Origin: a virus
DNA length: 64,000 nucleotides
IMG/VR virus record: IMGVR_UViG_3300021091_000027
Location: 1 to 64,000 of that record
Direction: 5' to 3' (one strand)
Below, piece by piece: positions 9,014 to 18,204 of this stretch. Within the stretch, counting starts at the first letter, position 1; the number at the start of each line of letters is the position of its first letter. The notes beneath the pieces were generated by a model that was given only the letters and a program-made list of their open reading frames with translations, was not told the DNA's origin and did not search any database. The translations under genes were made by a program, and so were the position numbers.

Positions 9014-9948
9014 CTGATATTAATTCATTACTAATTAAGTTTGCTTCAGCAAGATCAAAAATTGCAGGTCCGTACCCAGTTTCAGCCGGAGATGCTAATA
9101 ACGACGGCCTTTATGATGAAGGCGCCAGGGAGCGCATTCCCATCGGTGAGATGAGCGCTAGAAACCTTTTGCCTTTTGGTATCCCAGCAGGGAATCAAGA
9201 GGGGTTTAATCTTGGGGAAATCCTAGGATTAGGTGGATTGGGATATCTTGGTAGTAAATTTCTTAGAGAAAGGTTTACTCCTGGCGGTTTATTTAGAAGA
9301 GACAGCTATAATCCACGTGAGGCTCAAAATATTGCTAATTTAAAGCCAGGTCCTGCTCAAAGTCTAATGGCCAGATATTTAAGCGGTCCTGCTGCAGGCA
9401 TATCAGTTACTCCTACTACGCCTGGTGGAACTGTTCGAGAATTCCCTTTAACTATAGAGGGAAAAAATGTCCCAGTAACTGCAGATGCCAGAGCAGCGGA
9501 GCTCATGAGGCCACCGCCACCACGACGACGTGGAGATTCCCCGGGTAACCCGGTTCGAACTCCAGGACTACCTGGCGGTGGAGGAATTACTCCAAGCACT
9601 CCACGTAGAAGATTCTTTGGCGTAAATGCACCAGGAGCAAAAGTAGAGATGGCTCTTCCCCCAAAGGCATTTGAGGGCACCATGGGCGCTCTTTCTCGTG
9701 TTGGCGGAGCACTGTCTGATAGTAGAATGCCGTCTCCTGCAATTCGACCAAGAACATTTCTTGGAGGTTTGAGAACTGTACTGCCTAGCAGATTGGGCGG
9801 AGTGCGTGGAGGCAGCTCCGGTCCGTTGGGACTGATCGCAGGACTTGCGCTTCCTGCGGCCTATAACGCATTTATGTCTAAACCGGAAAACTTCGATCCT
9901 TTATCATCTCAGCAAAATCTAAGCGGACAGCCCATAATTCCTAAATAA
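9010..9948 (+). CDS. Gly/Pro/Arg-rich protein with KxA leader, putative internal virion protein
   Basis: Leader MTDINSLLIKFASARSKIA; two Gly-rich hydrophobic segments. Confidence 0.6.
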   Translation: MTDINSLLIKFASARSKIAGPYPVSAGDANNDGLYDEGARERIPIGEMSARNLLPFGIPAGNQEGFNLGEILGLGGLGYLGSKFLRERFTPGGLFRRDSYNPREAQNIANLKPGPAQSLMARYLSGPAAGISVTPTTPGGTVREFPLTIEGKNVPVTADARAAELMRPPPPRRRGDSPGNPVRTPGLPGGGGITPSTPRRRFFGVNAPGAKVEMALPPKAFEGTMGALSRVGGALSDSRMPSPAIRPRTFLGGLRTVLPSRLGGVRGGSSGPLGLIAGLALPAAYNAFMSKPENFDPLSSQQNLSGQPIIPK

Positions 9949-9966
9949 CATAGTATAAAACAAGTT

Positions 9967-11322
9967 ATGTTTATCAAAGCATTTAGTCCTGATCACTTTA
10001 ATCTAGGTAGTGACGCCCCGTTTGAGATTCTTAGATTTTCCTCAAAGGGTCTTGACTCTGGTCAGGAGAAGCGCGCTAATATGTTTTCCAAGTTGATTGA
10101 AGGATATGTTCCCTCAAAAGACAAGACGGCAGTTCACACGATAGCCATGACTTCTTCAGAGAAATTTGGATTTAATAGAAATGGCGACGGCTGGAAACGT
10201 GCTAATCTAATAAGAGACCATCCCACTTTTATTTCTCATGCAAAGGTGTTTCGCCACCACAAGAATACTCCATTAGATTCCTCTTTTGGAGTTATTAAAG
10301 CTGCTACATTCAACGACGACATGGACAGAGTTGAATTGTTAATGGAGCTGGACAACTCTAAGTGCGCCGAAGAACTGTCTTTGCTTGAGAGAAATGGTAG
10401 CTATCCTGTTTCCATGGCTTGCAAGATTTCACATGACGTATGCTCCATATGCTCAAATAAAGCAAAAACTCCAAAAGAGTATTGTTGGCATGTGAAAGAA
10501 GCGCTTGGCAAGATTATGGATGATGGTAAGATTGTTGGAGTCGACAACCCTCAATCCATATTTTTTGACATATCTAGAGTTATTCGCCCAGCCGATAGAG
10601 TCGCTTATACTTTAAAGAAAGCCTCTACCGGTATCAGCGGAGGAGCCGCTCTTGCAGAAGAGCTAGGATATTCTTTAAATACTTTAGACACAATAGAATC
10701 TACTTTGACCTGCAACTATAAGTCTGCAGAGAAAAAAAGAAAAATATTAGAAAAAATATCAAAAATGGAAAAAAGAATTGATGGCATTGCTCAACCAGCT
10801 GTCATTGATTCTCAAGAGGAGGTAGAGGAGGCTGTAAAAAAGCTTTCTTCTTTTATTCCGATCTATATGGACTCGGTGATGAGAGGGCTTAGCGATAATG
10901 GTATTGTCCTACGTCCATCTGAGTTTTATACCCTTATGACTGGAAATTCTTTGGGACCTACCCAAGCAATAAATTTTAATAAATCTGCAGTTGCCGAAGG
11001 AATAAGCCAATTTTCTTCAGAGGATCTGATTTTTAGTTCATTATATGAGCCGGCAAGCATGAAGATATCTGGCAAGATTGCAAATTTATGTGATGCTATC
11101 AGGCCCTATCGTAGTGTAACTATTCCATTAATGGGTAGAATTATTGGTACACAAATTAGAAAATCAAATCCAATTAAGCTATCTTCTGATTTAGATTCAT
11201 GTTGGTCTAAAGAATATGTTCGATATCAGCTTGAAACATATAAGTCCATCAAGGCCGCATCTTCCGCAGGCGACATTGATGATTTAGTCTTTTGCGGAAT
11301 TTGCCAAAATACTGTAGAATAA
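9967..11322 (+). CDS. prohead (capsid maturation) serine protease, clan SH/HK97-like, with Zn-finger insert
   Basis: NRNGD, FRHH (candidate catalytic His), VSMAC (candidate catalytic Ser), then CSICSN...YCWH. It lies directly upstream of the scaffold, cement and capsid genes. Confidence 0.75.
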   Translation: MFIKAFSPDHFNLGSDAPFEILRFSSKGLDSGQEKRANMFSKLIEGYVPSKDKTAVHTIAMTSSEKFGFNRNGDGWKRANLIRDHPTFISHAKVFRHHKNTPLDSSFGVIKAATFNDDMDRVELLMELDNSKCAEELSLLERNGSYPVSMACKISHDVCSICSNKAKTPKEYCWHVKEALGKIMDDGKIVGVDNPQSIFFDISRVIRPADRVAYTLKKASTGISGGAALAEELGYSLNTLDTIESTLTCNYKSAEKKRKILEKISKMEKRIDGIAQPAVIDSQEEVEEAVKKLSSFIPIYMDSVMRGLSDNGIVLRPSEFYTLMTGNSLGPTQAINFNKSAVAEGISQFSSEDLIFSSLYEPASMKISGKIANLCDAIRPYRSVTIPLMGRIIGTQIRKSNPIKLSSDLDSCWSKEYVRYQLETYKSIKAASSAGDIDDLVFCGICQNTVE

Positions 11323-11349
11323 CTACCACACGAAAAGGACACCACTAAT

Positions 11350-12948
11350 ATGGCCACCAGTTTTGAACACCGAGCACTAGTTGAACAACTTCGTGCACTT
11401 ACTCAGAAGCGCGCCGAAAATCCTGGCGAGCAAATTTTAAATACTTCTCATCCCAGTGGAAGCAATTCAGCTGCTGATGATCACACTCGTCCAGCCGTTG
11501 TAGGTCATCGCTATTCTGAAAATACTTCTGATAACAAAGCGATGTATCCTGCCGGTACCGACAGTGACACCAAGCTTGAAGCTGGTAGTCAGCAGAAGGA
11601 CCCAGGCCACAACAAGGGCCTACACCCACGTCCATCGGGCGAGGCTCCTGAGGTTGAGCGTAAGTATAATTTAAACGAGCATAACGATCCGGGCTCTTCT
11701 CATCCAAGTGGCAAGGCTGCGCAAGAATTTATTTCCGAAGCAAAAACTCTTGCTGCAGAGTTGCGCAATCTGATCAAAGCTTCTGCTTCTGGCTCAGGGG
11801 CTGATACCTATGTCACCGGTAATCCTCCAGAGGAGGCTACCAACAGTAATGATGCTAATGCTAAGGGAACTGAGGCTTATCCTCAGAATGAAGAAAACGA
11901 TGGAAACATTGCTTTATCTAAGGAGCAAGGTAAAGATGCGGCTGCCGGTCTAGCCGATATCAGAGCTCGTGCGACTGCTGAGTACGTCGAGACATGTAAT
12001 TCTCTGAAAGCATCTGCTGCACTTGATGCAGAATCGTTTATTCAAACTATCACTGCTGTTATGGATAAGTTTGCGGCCCCCCATGTCCTACCTGCGATCG
12101 AGCAGCATCAGAAAGCTGCAGCTGTCGCCCAAATAGACGACCTAGCTTCTAAGATTGCAATGTACGATCTTCTTGCAGAAGCTGACAGTATGCCAAAGTT
12201 TGCTGAAATGATGGAAGGCAAGAAGAAGGACAACAAGAAGCCTGATGCTGACGGCGACGGCGTTCCTGATTGGGCAGATAAAAAAGAAGGCCCAGATGCG
12301 GAAAAGAAGGAAGCTGCAAAGTTGGCAACTCTTCTCAAAAAGGTCGCAGAGATGTATGTTTCTGAAGATGCCTCCAACGACGACTCTGATGACAGCTCGG
12401 AAAAATCAAAGGATAAGCCTAAGCCTGCAAATACACAAGAAAAGAAAGAGGCCTCCCGTAAAGGGGGTACCTTTCGAAAGCGCTCCGAAGAAGAAGAAGA
12501 GATGATGGAGGACGAGGAGGGCGAAGATTCGCCCTCTGAAGAAGAGGTCTCCGATGACGAGGAGGCTGCAGCAGAAGAGGTCCTTGCAAACATGGCCTCA
12601 ATGCCAAGTGGTGGTGGAGCGCCAGACGAAATGGCTAAGATGATGGATCCCGGGGCAATGGCAGAGGGCGCGGAACAAGCTCCTCTTTCACCAGAGGAGG
12701 AGGCTGCTCTTATGGCACTCATGCAGCAGGAAGGAATGAAGGAGTCTGATGTAAAGGCATTTGCCACTACATCTGCCCTCATCGCTTCTGGCAAATTGGA
12801 TACCAATAAGCTGTCTCAGGCTCAAGTCGCTTACCTTCAATCTTGCGATGGTGCAGTAAAGCGCGCTGGAGCTAAGTTCCAGACTCTTCGCTCTGCCAGT
12901 CGTCTACGTAATGAAATTAAATCAATTTACAAAGGAATCCAGTCGTGA
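11350..12948 (+). CDS. putative capsid scaffolding protein
   Basis: Acidic, disordered and helical composition; many KxA sites; AAAAGGA RBS; located between the protease and capsid genes. Confidence 0.6.
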   Translation: MATSFEHRALVEQLRALTQKRAENPGEQILNTSHPSGSNSAADDHTRPAVVGHRYSENTSDNKAMYPAGTDSDTKLEAGSQQKDPGHNKGLHPRPSGEAPEVERKYNLNEHNDPGSSHPSGKAAQEFISEAKTLAAELRNLIKASASGSGADTYVTGNPPEEATNSNDANAKGTEAYPQNEENDGNIALSKEQGKDAAAGLADIRARATAEYVETCNSLKASAALDAESFIQTITAVMDKFAAPHVLPAIEQHQKAAAVAQIDDLASKIAMYDLLAEADSMPKFAEMMEGKKKDNKKPDADGDGVPDWADKKEGPDAEKKEAAKLATLLKKVAEMYVSEDASNDDSDDSSEKSKDKPKPANTQEKKEASRKGGTFRKRSEEEEEMMEDEEGEDSPSEEEVSDDEEAAAEEVLANMASMPSGGGAPDEMAKMMDPGAMAEGAEQAPLSPEEEAALMALMQQEGMKESDVKAFATTSALIASGKLDTNKLSQAQVAYLQSCDGAVKRAGAKFQTLRSASRLRNEIKSIYKGIQS

Positions 12949-13352
12949 AAAATATCAACCTTCCAGTAAGGGCAATTGAAAAACTTGCCTCTTTTATGGA
13001 GCGAGTTCCTCAGGTGGTTGCTGCCATTTCGAACGAAACTCCAAATTCGCAATATGCGGCCGCTGCTAATGTTTCTGTTTATCGTAAAGAAGCAGAAGCT
13101 TGTACCGCAGATCTCGTCAAGCACGCTGGTTTAGATCCAGCTCGTCAATCTGAATTCATGAATTTCATCATGACCCCAGAGGGCTCGCTCAAGACCATCG
13201 GCTCCCTTACTAGCAAAATCGCTAGCCTTCAGACAGAAGTTGCCCAGGCTCGTAATCTTGCAGTAGGCGGTCCTTCTTCTGTAACAGCAAAAGCTGCAGG
13301 TAGCTCTGTATCTCAGGCCGCAAATGTCTGGTGCGAAGCTCTCCTCGGCTAA
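12945..13352 (+). CDS. small scaffold/core-like protein
   Basis: GTG start overlapping the upstream stop; EKLAS, VKHAG, SKIAS, AKAAG; short coiled coil. Confidence 0.55.
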   Translation: MKNINLPVRAIEKLASFMERVPQVVAAISNETPNSQYAAAANVSVYRKEAEACTADLVKHAGLDPARQSEFMNFIMTPEGSLKTIGSLTSKIASLQTEVAQARNLAVGGPSSVTAKAAGSSVSQAANVWCEALLG

Positions 13353-13410
13353 TTGAAAGTAATATATATTTACACTAAACTATAGCAAGTCTAAAACTTG
13401 GAGATAAAAA

Positions 13411-14049
13411 ATGGCTTACAAAACTCTTACTCAAATGACAAAGAATATGCTCGAACCAGTCCGTGGATGGTGGGACGAGCGTCAACTCTCACGCGTTTGC
13501 CCCATCCACAATGGCGATACCTCCACGATCACTGCACTTGATGCCGTAGTCGCAGGTGCCGTCGGCCACCTCAATTCCAACAACGAGTTTGTTCTCGGCG
13601 GCGGCGTAAAGCACAAGATGCCACTATTTGCTCGTGGCGGCGGCGCTGATAATGACGCTGTTCGCTTCGAAGGCAACCTAGCTAGTCAGCGTGCAACTGC
13701 CACTCAGGGCACCGCTGCTCAGGCTGGCCCATCTGCCACGGTCTTCCGTGAAGTTGGAATTTCCTGCCTTGTCGGTACTGGCGCTTATGAGCTCGGCACC
13801 ACCGAGTATGCCGGCTCTGTAGCTGCTGGCGATCTTCTCATGGCTAGCACCACATCCGTAGGAAAGATTGCAACGTTTGCTCCTAGCACTTCAGGTGCTG
13901 CAAACTCTCTTTACACCGCCACTACCTCCGCCGCTGCCCCCATCAACAATAACCAGGTCGTCGGGATTGCAACGTCTGCTGCTGGCGTAAAGAATCAGTA
14001 CGGCGTAGCAATGCTTTACTTCTACGTTAACTGGTGGCCAGCACTCTAA
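13411..14049 (+). CDS. capsid cement/decoration protein
   Basis: Immediately precedes the capsid gene; GAYELGTTEY..VAAGDLL..VVGIAT pattern; strong codon bias. Confidence 0.6.
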   Translation: MAYKTLTQMTKNMLEPVRGWWDERQLSRVCPIHNGDTSTITALDAVVAGAVGHLNSNNEFVLGGGVKHKMPLFARGGGADNDAVRFEGNLASQRATATQGTAAQAGPSATVFREVGISCLVGTGAYELGTTEYAGSVAAGDLLMASTTSVGKIATFAPSTSGAANSLYTATTSAAAPINNNQVVGIATSAAGVKNQYGVAMLYFYVNWWPAL

Positions 14050-14092
14050 TTTAAAACTTATAAAGAAACTAAACTAAACAGGAGTAATACAG

Positions 14093-15070
14093 ATGGCATT
14101 AGAACATCTCACAGATATGGAAAAAAGAGCGAACCAAGTTGTTCGTCAGCACCTTGATCAAATGGAGTTTAACCCCGAGTCCACCATCAAGGTCTCTCGG
14201 GCTACTTCAGACTACATCCGCATGAAGCTGCGTGAAGAGGGTTTCCTTCGTAAGATCCTTCCAGCACAGACAATTACCGGAGATGATCTCACCAAGCAAG
14301 TTTCCACCGACAAACCCTCCAAGGTTGTCGAACTAGAGCCAGATTCGCCTGGCGCTATGTCGATCCCCTTCGGCGAGTTTCCAAGCAGCACTTATATCTA
14401 CGGTAAGCGTTGGCTCGTAACCTTTAGCCGCATTGCTACTCCAATGTTCAGTAAGGACGTTGCAGAGCTGCACGACTATGATCTCGACATTCGTCAGGTC
14501 ATTAGCGATAATGCGCTCAAGGATCTACAGGCTGAGGAGGACGGCAAGTTCATTCAGACGATCAACTCGCTCCTCTCCAATGACACCATGAATTCTGAGC
14601 AGAATCTGCCCTACGGCCCAGGTGGTGCAAACATTAAACTTTGGAGGAATCTCTCTGGCGGTCTCACTCGTGAGAACGTCGTTGAAGCCAAGAAGCTAAT
14701 GATGGCTGCAAATGCTCGCCTTCGTCCTCAGACTGCCCTTGTCAACCAGAAGACTGCTCTTGAGTTCGAGAAGTGGACTCGTGAAGAGGTCGGCGGCGAT
14801 ATGGCGCAAGGTATCCTTGTTAACGGTTGGGCCAGCGAAGCCAACAAGTGGTGTGCCCTTAACTGGATCACCACCATCAAGGACGATCTCATCAAGGACA
14901 ACAGCATGTTCCTTTTTGCCGCACCAGAGTTCCTTGGCCGCCTTTATTTCCTTGAGGACACCACAATGTTCGTCAAGCGTGAAGGCCCAATGCTCAGCTG
15001 GTACGCATATGAAATGCTCGGCGGCGGCATTGCCAACGTTGCAGCATGCAGCAGAGTTGACTTTACATAA
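14093..15070 (+). CDS. major capsid protein (HK97-fold)
   Basis: 325 aa; CAGGAG RBS; strongest codon bias in the window; KLREEGFLRKILP..LQAEEDGKF..YAYEMLGGGIAN pattern; position after protease, scaffold and cement; followed by a hairpin. Confidence 0.8.
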   Translation: MALEHLTDMEKRANQVVRQHLDQMEFNPESTIKVSRATSDYIRMKLREEGFLRKILPAQTITGDDLTKQVSTDKPSKVVELEPDSPGAMSIPFGEFPSSTYIYGKRWLVTFSRIATPMFSKDVAELHDYDLDIRQVISDNALKDLQAEEDGKFIQTINSLLSNDTMNSEQNLPYGPGGANIKLWRNLSGGLTRENVVEAKKLMMAANARLRPQTALVNQKTALEFEKWTREEVGGDMAQGILVNGWASEANKWCALNWITTIKDDLIKDNSMFLFAAPEFLGRLYFLEDTTMFVKREGPMLSWYAYEMLGGGIANVAACSRVDFT

Positions 15071-15087
15071 TTTAAAGATAGGATGCG

Positions 15088-15115
15088 CCTACTGGGGGAG
15101 AAATCCCCCAGTAGG
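15088..15115 (+). terminator. 12-bp GAAA-loop hairpin after capsid gene
   Basis: cctactggggga-gaaa-tcccccagtagg. Confidence 0.75.
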
Positions 15116-15134
15116 AATTTAATAAGATACAACT

Positions 15135-15710
15135 ATGGTTTCAGACGGCCCAACAGATCCTTCTTCTCCAGAATTCATCGAGCAGATGTACAAGCACCTG
15201 GTCTCCATTGGTGCAGATAAGCACGATCCAGAGGGCTTCAAGAAAGACTACGAAAAGGCTTTAGCAGAGGCTAAGGCAAAACACTCCAAAAAGGAATCCC
15301 CTATGTCAGACACTGATAACTCTGAAGCAAAAAAGATCGCAGCTCTTCAGGCACTTATTGCCACCAACTACATTCCAGAATTTGTAAAGACTTGTTTCGA
15401 CAGTGGCCTTGAGTTTGAATCTGAGTCAGACTTAGCTCACGCCTTACAAATCAACGGTAAGTTTGCTGCACTTGTCTCTTCTGGTGTATCTGTTGATGCC
15501 TTGATTGACACCATTGTCTCCAACCTGAATGTCAAGCATGCTAGCGAAGGCCAGATTAAGTTGTCCTTAGCCAGCATTAATCATGCCTTAGATTCTGGCC
15601 TAGAGTCTGCCGGCGTCCCTGTTGATTCAATGAATAAGGCGGCAGCGGCAGATATAACAAACGATGTATCTGATGAGGAGCTCCTTACGTTTCTTAACGC
15701 TGTCAGCTAA
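15135..15710 (+). CDS. hypothetical head-region protein (KxA-containing)
   Basis: KKIAA, GKFAA, VKHAS, NKAAA. Confidence 0.6.
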   Translation: MVSDGPTDPSSPEFIEQMYKHLVSIGADKHDPEGFKKDYEKALAEAKAKHSKKESPMSDTDNSEAKKIAALQALIATNYIPEFVKTCFDSGLEFESESDLAHALQINGKFAALVSSGVSVDALIDTIVSNLNVKHASEGQIKLSLASINHALDSGLESAGVPVDSMNKAAAADITNDVSDEELLTFLNAVS

Positions 15711-15736
15711 TTAAGCTGAAAACAAGGAGCGCGGCT

Positions 15737-16771
15737 GTGAACTTCTACCAAGCGCCTGTAGCCAGAAGAATAGCACTTACTACCAAAACTGAGCAAAGCA
15801 ACACTTTTGTCACTCCATTGGCACCAGGCAGCCTTGGTACCTTTGCTCTTCCTGGCTTTGGACATGGCCTAAATGTAACTCTATTTCTAGAGACGCCAGG
15901 ATGGGCTACAGCGGCAAGTAAAATCAATGTTAGAGGACATGCTCTGGCCACGACCACCGGCAGCTGTGTAGCTGCTCCTAACGTTTGTTTGTCGGATGCA
16001 GATAGTTATCTCTTTTTAAGAGGTAATAATGTATATGCAAATAACTCTACTCCTGCAAACGGATCGCATATAGTTTATTGTGCCCAGTTGGATATAAACT
16101 CAGTTGGATCTACTAGAAGTGCGGCTGAAAACGATTACTGGGTACGACCTGGGGATACGTTTACATTTACCAATCCGTTCACTGGCACAGTTGGATCCAA
16201 TATAGGTACCGACGGAACAAGAAATGCGCCTTTAATTACTTCGGTTAGGCATAAAAGTGGATCAAGGTCTCTTTTAATTGAATTTACCGTACCTATTAAC
16301 ACTACTATTAATGTGAATGGGTATGCTGGAGGCGACTACAGTGCTTGGAAAGGAAGAGACCTAATATTTTTTGAAGGTCCCACCCCCGGCGAAGCCGTCG
16401 CTTCAAAAGGACTGTCTTACCACAGATTGACTTTGAACGTTACAGATCCTTCTGGTGCGTGGACTGGCACTCTATCTAATGCAACTAACCTTACCTATAC
16501 TGCAGCAAACAGACCAGGACTGATTCCTGTAGGCACTGCGCCACTATCTGCAGATATGGTAGATCCCAGCAAGATGATTGTTTGTAACTCTGCATCTTTA
16601 GCGGCAAACGGGAGACTCCATATGGGACTTACCGGACTAGCTACATTACATAATGATTATGCTTTTGAGCATATTTCTGACTTTAGTCAAGGTAGCGTTC
16701 CTTATAGATGTATTTCTTTTAGCGCTGCCAGTTCGTGGATTATAGAAGCACTAGTAAACCCGCTGCATTAA
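15737..16771 (+). CDS. putative beta-rich virion structural protein
   Basis: AAGGAG RBS before a GTG start; T/G/N/S-rich composition; located in the head-neck region. Confidence 0.55.
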   Translation: MNFYQAPVARRIALTTKTEQSNTFVTPLAPGSLGTFALPGFGHGLNVTLFLETPGWATAASKINVRGHALATTTGSCVAAPNVCLSDADSYLFLRGNNVYANNSTPANGSHIVYCAQLDINSVGSTRSAAENDYWVRPGDTFTFTNPFTGTVGSNIGTDGTRNAPLITSVRHKSGSRSLLIEFTVPINTTINVNGYAGGDYSAWKGRDLIFFEGPTPGEAVASKGLSYHRLTLNVTDPSGAWTGTLSNATNLTYTAANRPGLIPVGTAPLSADMVDPSKMIVCNSASLAANGRLHMGLTGLATLHNDYAFEHISDFSQGSVPYRCISFSAASSWIIEALVNPLH

Positions 16772-16791
16772 TAAAGTAAAATCTTGCAGCA

Positions 16792-16800
16792 TGGTATAAT
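16792..16800 (+). promoter_or_regulatory. extended -10 element TGGTATAAT
   Basis: Intergenic, 11 nt before ATG 16812. Confidence 0.55.
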
Positions 16801-16811
16801 TAGGCGTACCG

Positions 16812-17342
16812 ATGACTGCAGGAAACGCAAGTAACACTGTATTTACAGCAATTCCTGTAGGAGAGGATTTTTACATGTCCTTTTCTACAGAACGCTTTTT
16901 TCATAATATAATTCCAGCCGATATTTCAAATATTGTTTTTAAACTTTATGATGCAAGGACAATTGGAAGTATAGGTAATCCAAATCCAAATGCTATTATA
17001 GAGACAGTAGATAGATCCCAAAACTCCAATAGATTTACAGTAGGAGATAAGTCCATATCTGTACTAGTGCTGTCTTCGACGCTAGACACTTGGGAACAGA
17101 CTAAGACGTCTGATAATCAGGCAAAGTTTCGAGGTGAACTTTATGGCTTTGCAGAGCTTGCAGTAATTGGTGAGGAGGCGGGAGACTTCATAAGACTTAT
17201 ACCTACTCCTATTTCTTTAAAAGTAAGATTCAATGCATCTTTGATTCTAGAGGAAGTGTGGTGGGATGGATACATAAACTCAGGAGACGTACAGCTCTGT
17301 TCGTGCAAGTTTGCAGTACTGCCCTCACCAATTTTGAACTAA
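16812..17342 (+). CDS. hypothetical structural protein (Ig/BppU-like)
   Basis: Beta-strand pattern; neck-region context. Confidence 0.45.
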   Translation: MTAGNASNTVFTAIPVGEDFYMSFSTERFFHNIIPADISNIVFKLYDARTIGSIGNPNPNAIIETVDRSQNSNRFTVGDKSISVLVLSSTLDTWEQTKTSDNQAKFRGELYGFAELAVIGEEAGDFIRLIPTPISLKVRFNASLILEEVWWDGYINSGDVQLCSCKFAVLPSPILN

Positions 17343-17346
17343 TATT

Positions 17347-18204
17347 ATGCCGTATCCAAGCATACAAAATAATATAATCCTTGGACCTGTAGCTGTAGTC
17401 GTTGGAGCTAACAGGCATAAGATTCCAGCAAGTCCGTATAGGTCCAAGTCAAACTACCTGCCCGTGGATATGGTCCCAGAATCTGGAGCCGCCTTTTTTG
17501 CGACTCAAGTATTCACGCCAGATAATAATCCATTGAATATAGTGGATATGAAGTTAAAGTACGTAGTCAGGGATTCCCTGTTTAGCGAATCGTACACAGA
17601 AATAGACTGCACTGTCACAAAATCGGACTACGGGCTTATAGAGGTCTACATACCTTCGAACATAATGAGCAAGCCGGGGCTTCATCTTGCCTCAATACAG
17701 ATTTACAATCTGGATGGAAAGCTCATATATCAATGTCCAAGATACCTCGAGATCACTCCTACAGTAACTTCTACAAATCGTCCAGTCACAGTCGCGGAAG
17801 TCAGATTTGCCTTGAGAGATTTTCCAGAACTTAACAGTCTATTGAACGATGTGGAATTTTCCGATAATGAGATCGCACACTGTATAACCAAACCGGTAGA
17901 GACTTGGAATTCTATGTTGCCTGATGTAGGACAATATGACATACATAATTTTCCTTGGCGACAAGTGCATATAAATGCTACTATAGGTGAATTACTAAAA
18001 ATAGCCGGTTACAATTACATGAGAAATCAGTTGCCATATAGTTCTGGCGGATTAACCGTAGATGATAAAAATAAAGGTCCGAGTTACATACAGCTTGCAG
18101 AGCAGGAGTCTCAAAAATTTAAAATGTTTTGCCAAGAGCGTAAGTTTGAGGCCAATTTCATGGGCGGATTTATATGGTTACCTGGTCCGTACAATAGGGT
18201 GTGA
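17347..18204 (+). CDS. head-tail adaptor/neck protein with N-terminal BppU-like domain
   Basis: VRFALRDFPELNSLL..EFSDNEI..RNQLPYSSGGLTV adaptor-like C-terminal half; position after the capsid genes. Confidence 0.6.
   Translation: MPYPSIQNNIILGPVAVVVGANRHKIPASPYRSKSNYLPVDMVPESGAAFFATQVFTPDNNPLNIVDMKLKYVVRDSLFSESYTEIDCTVTKSDYGLIEVYIPSNIMSKPGLHLASIQIYNLDGKLIYQCPRYLEITPTVTSTNRPVTVAEVRFALRDFPELNSLLNDVEFSDNEIAHCITKPVETWNSMLPDVGQYDIHNFPWRQVHINATIGELLKIAGYNYMRNQLPYSSGGLTVDDKNKGPSYIQLAEQESQKFKMFCQERKFEANFMGGFIWLPGPYNRV

Noticed and set aside
12108-12806. 232-aa antisense ORF and the many other short antisense or alternate-frame ORFs in the track
   Set aside because: They are shadows of codon-biased or low-complexity sense genes, with no motifs or expression signals.
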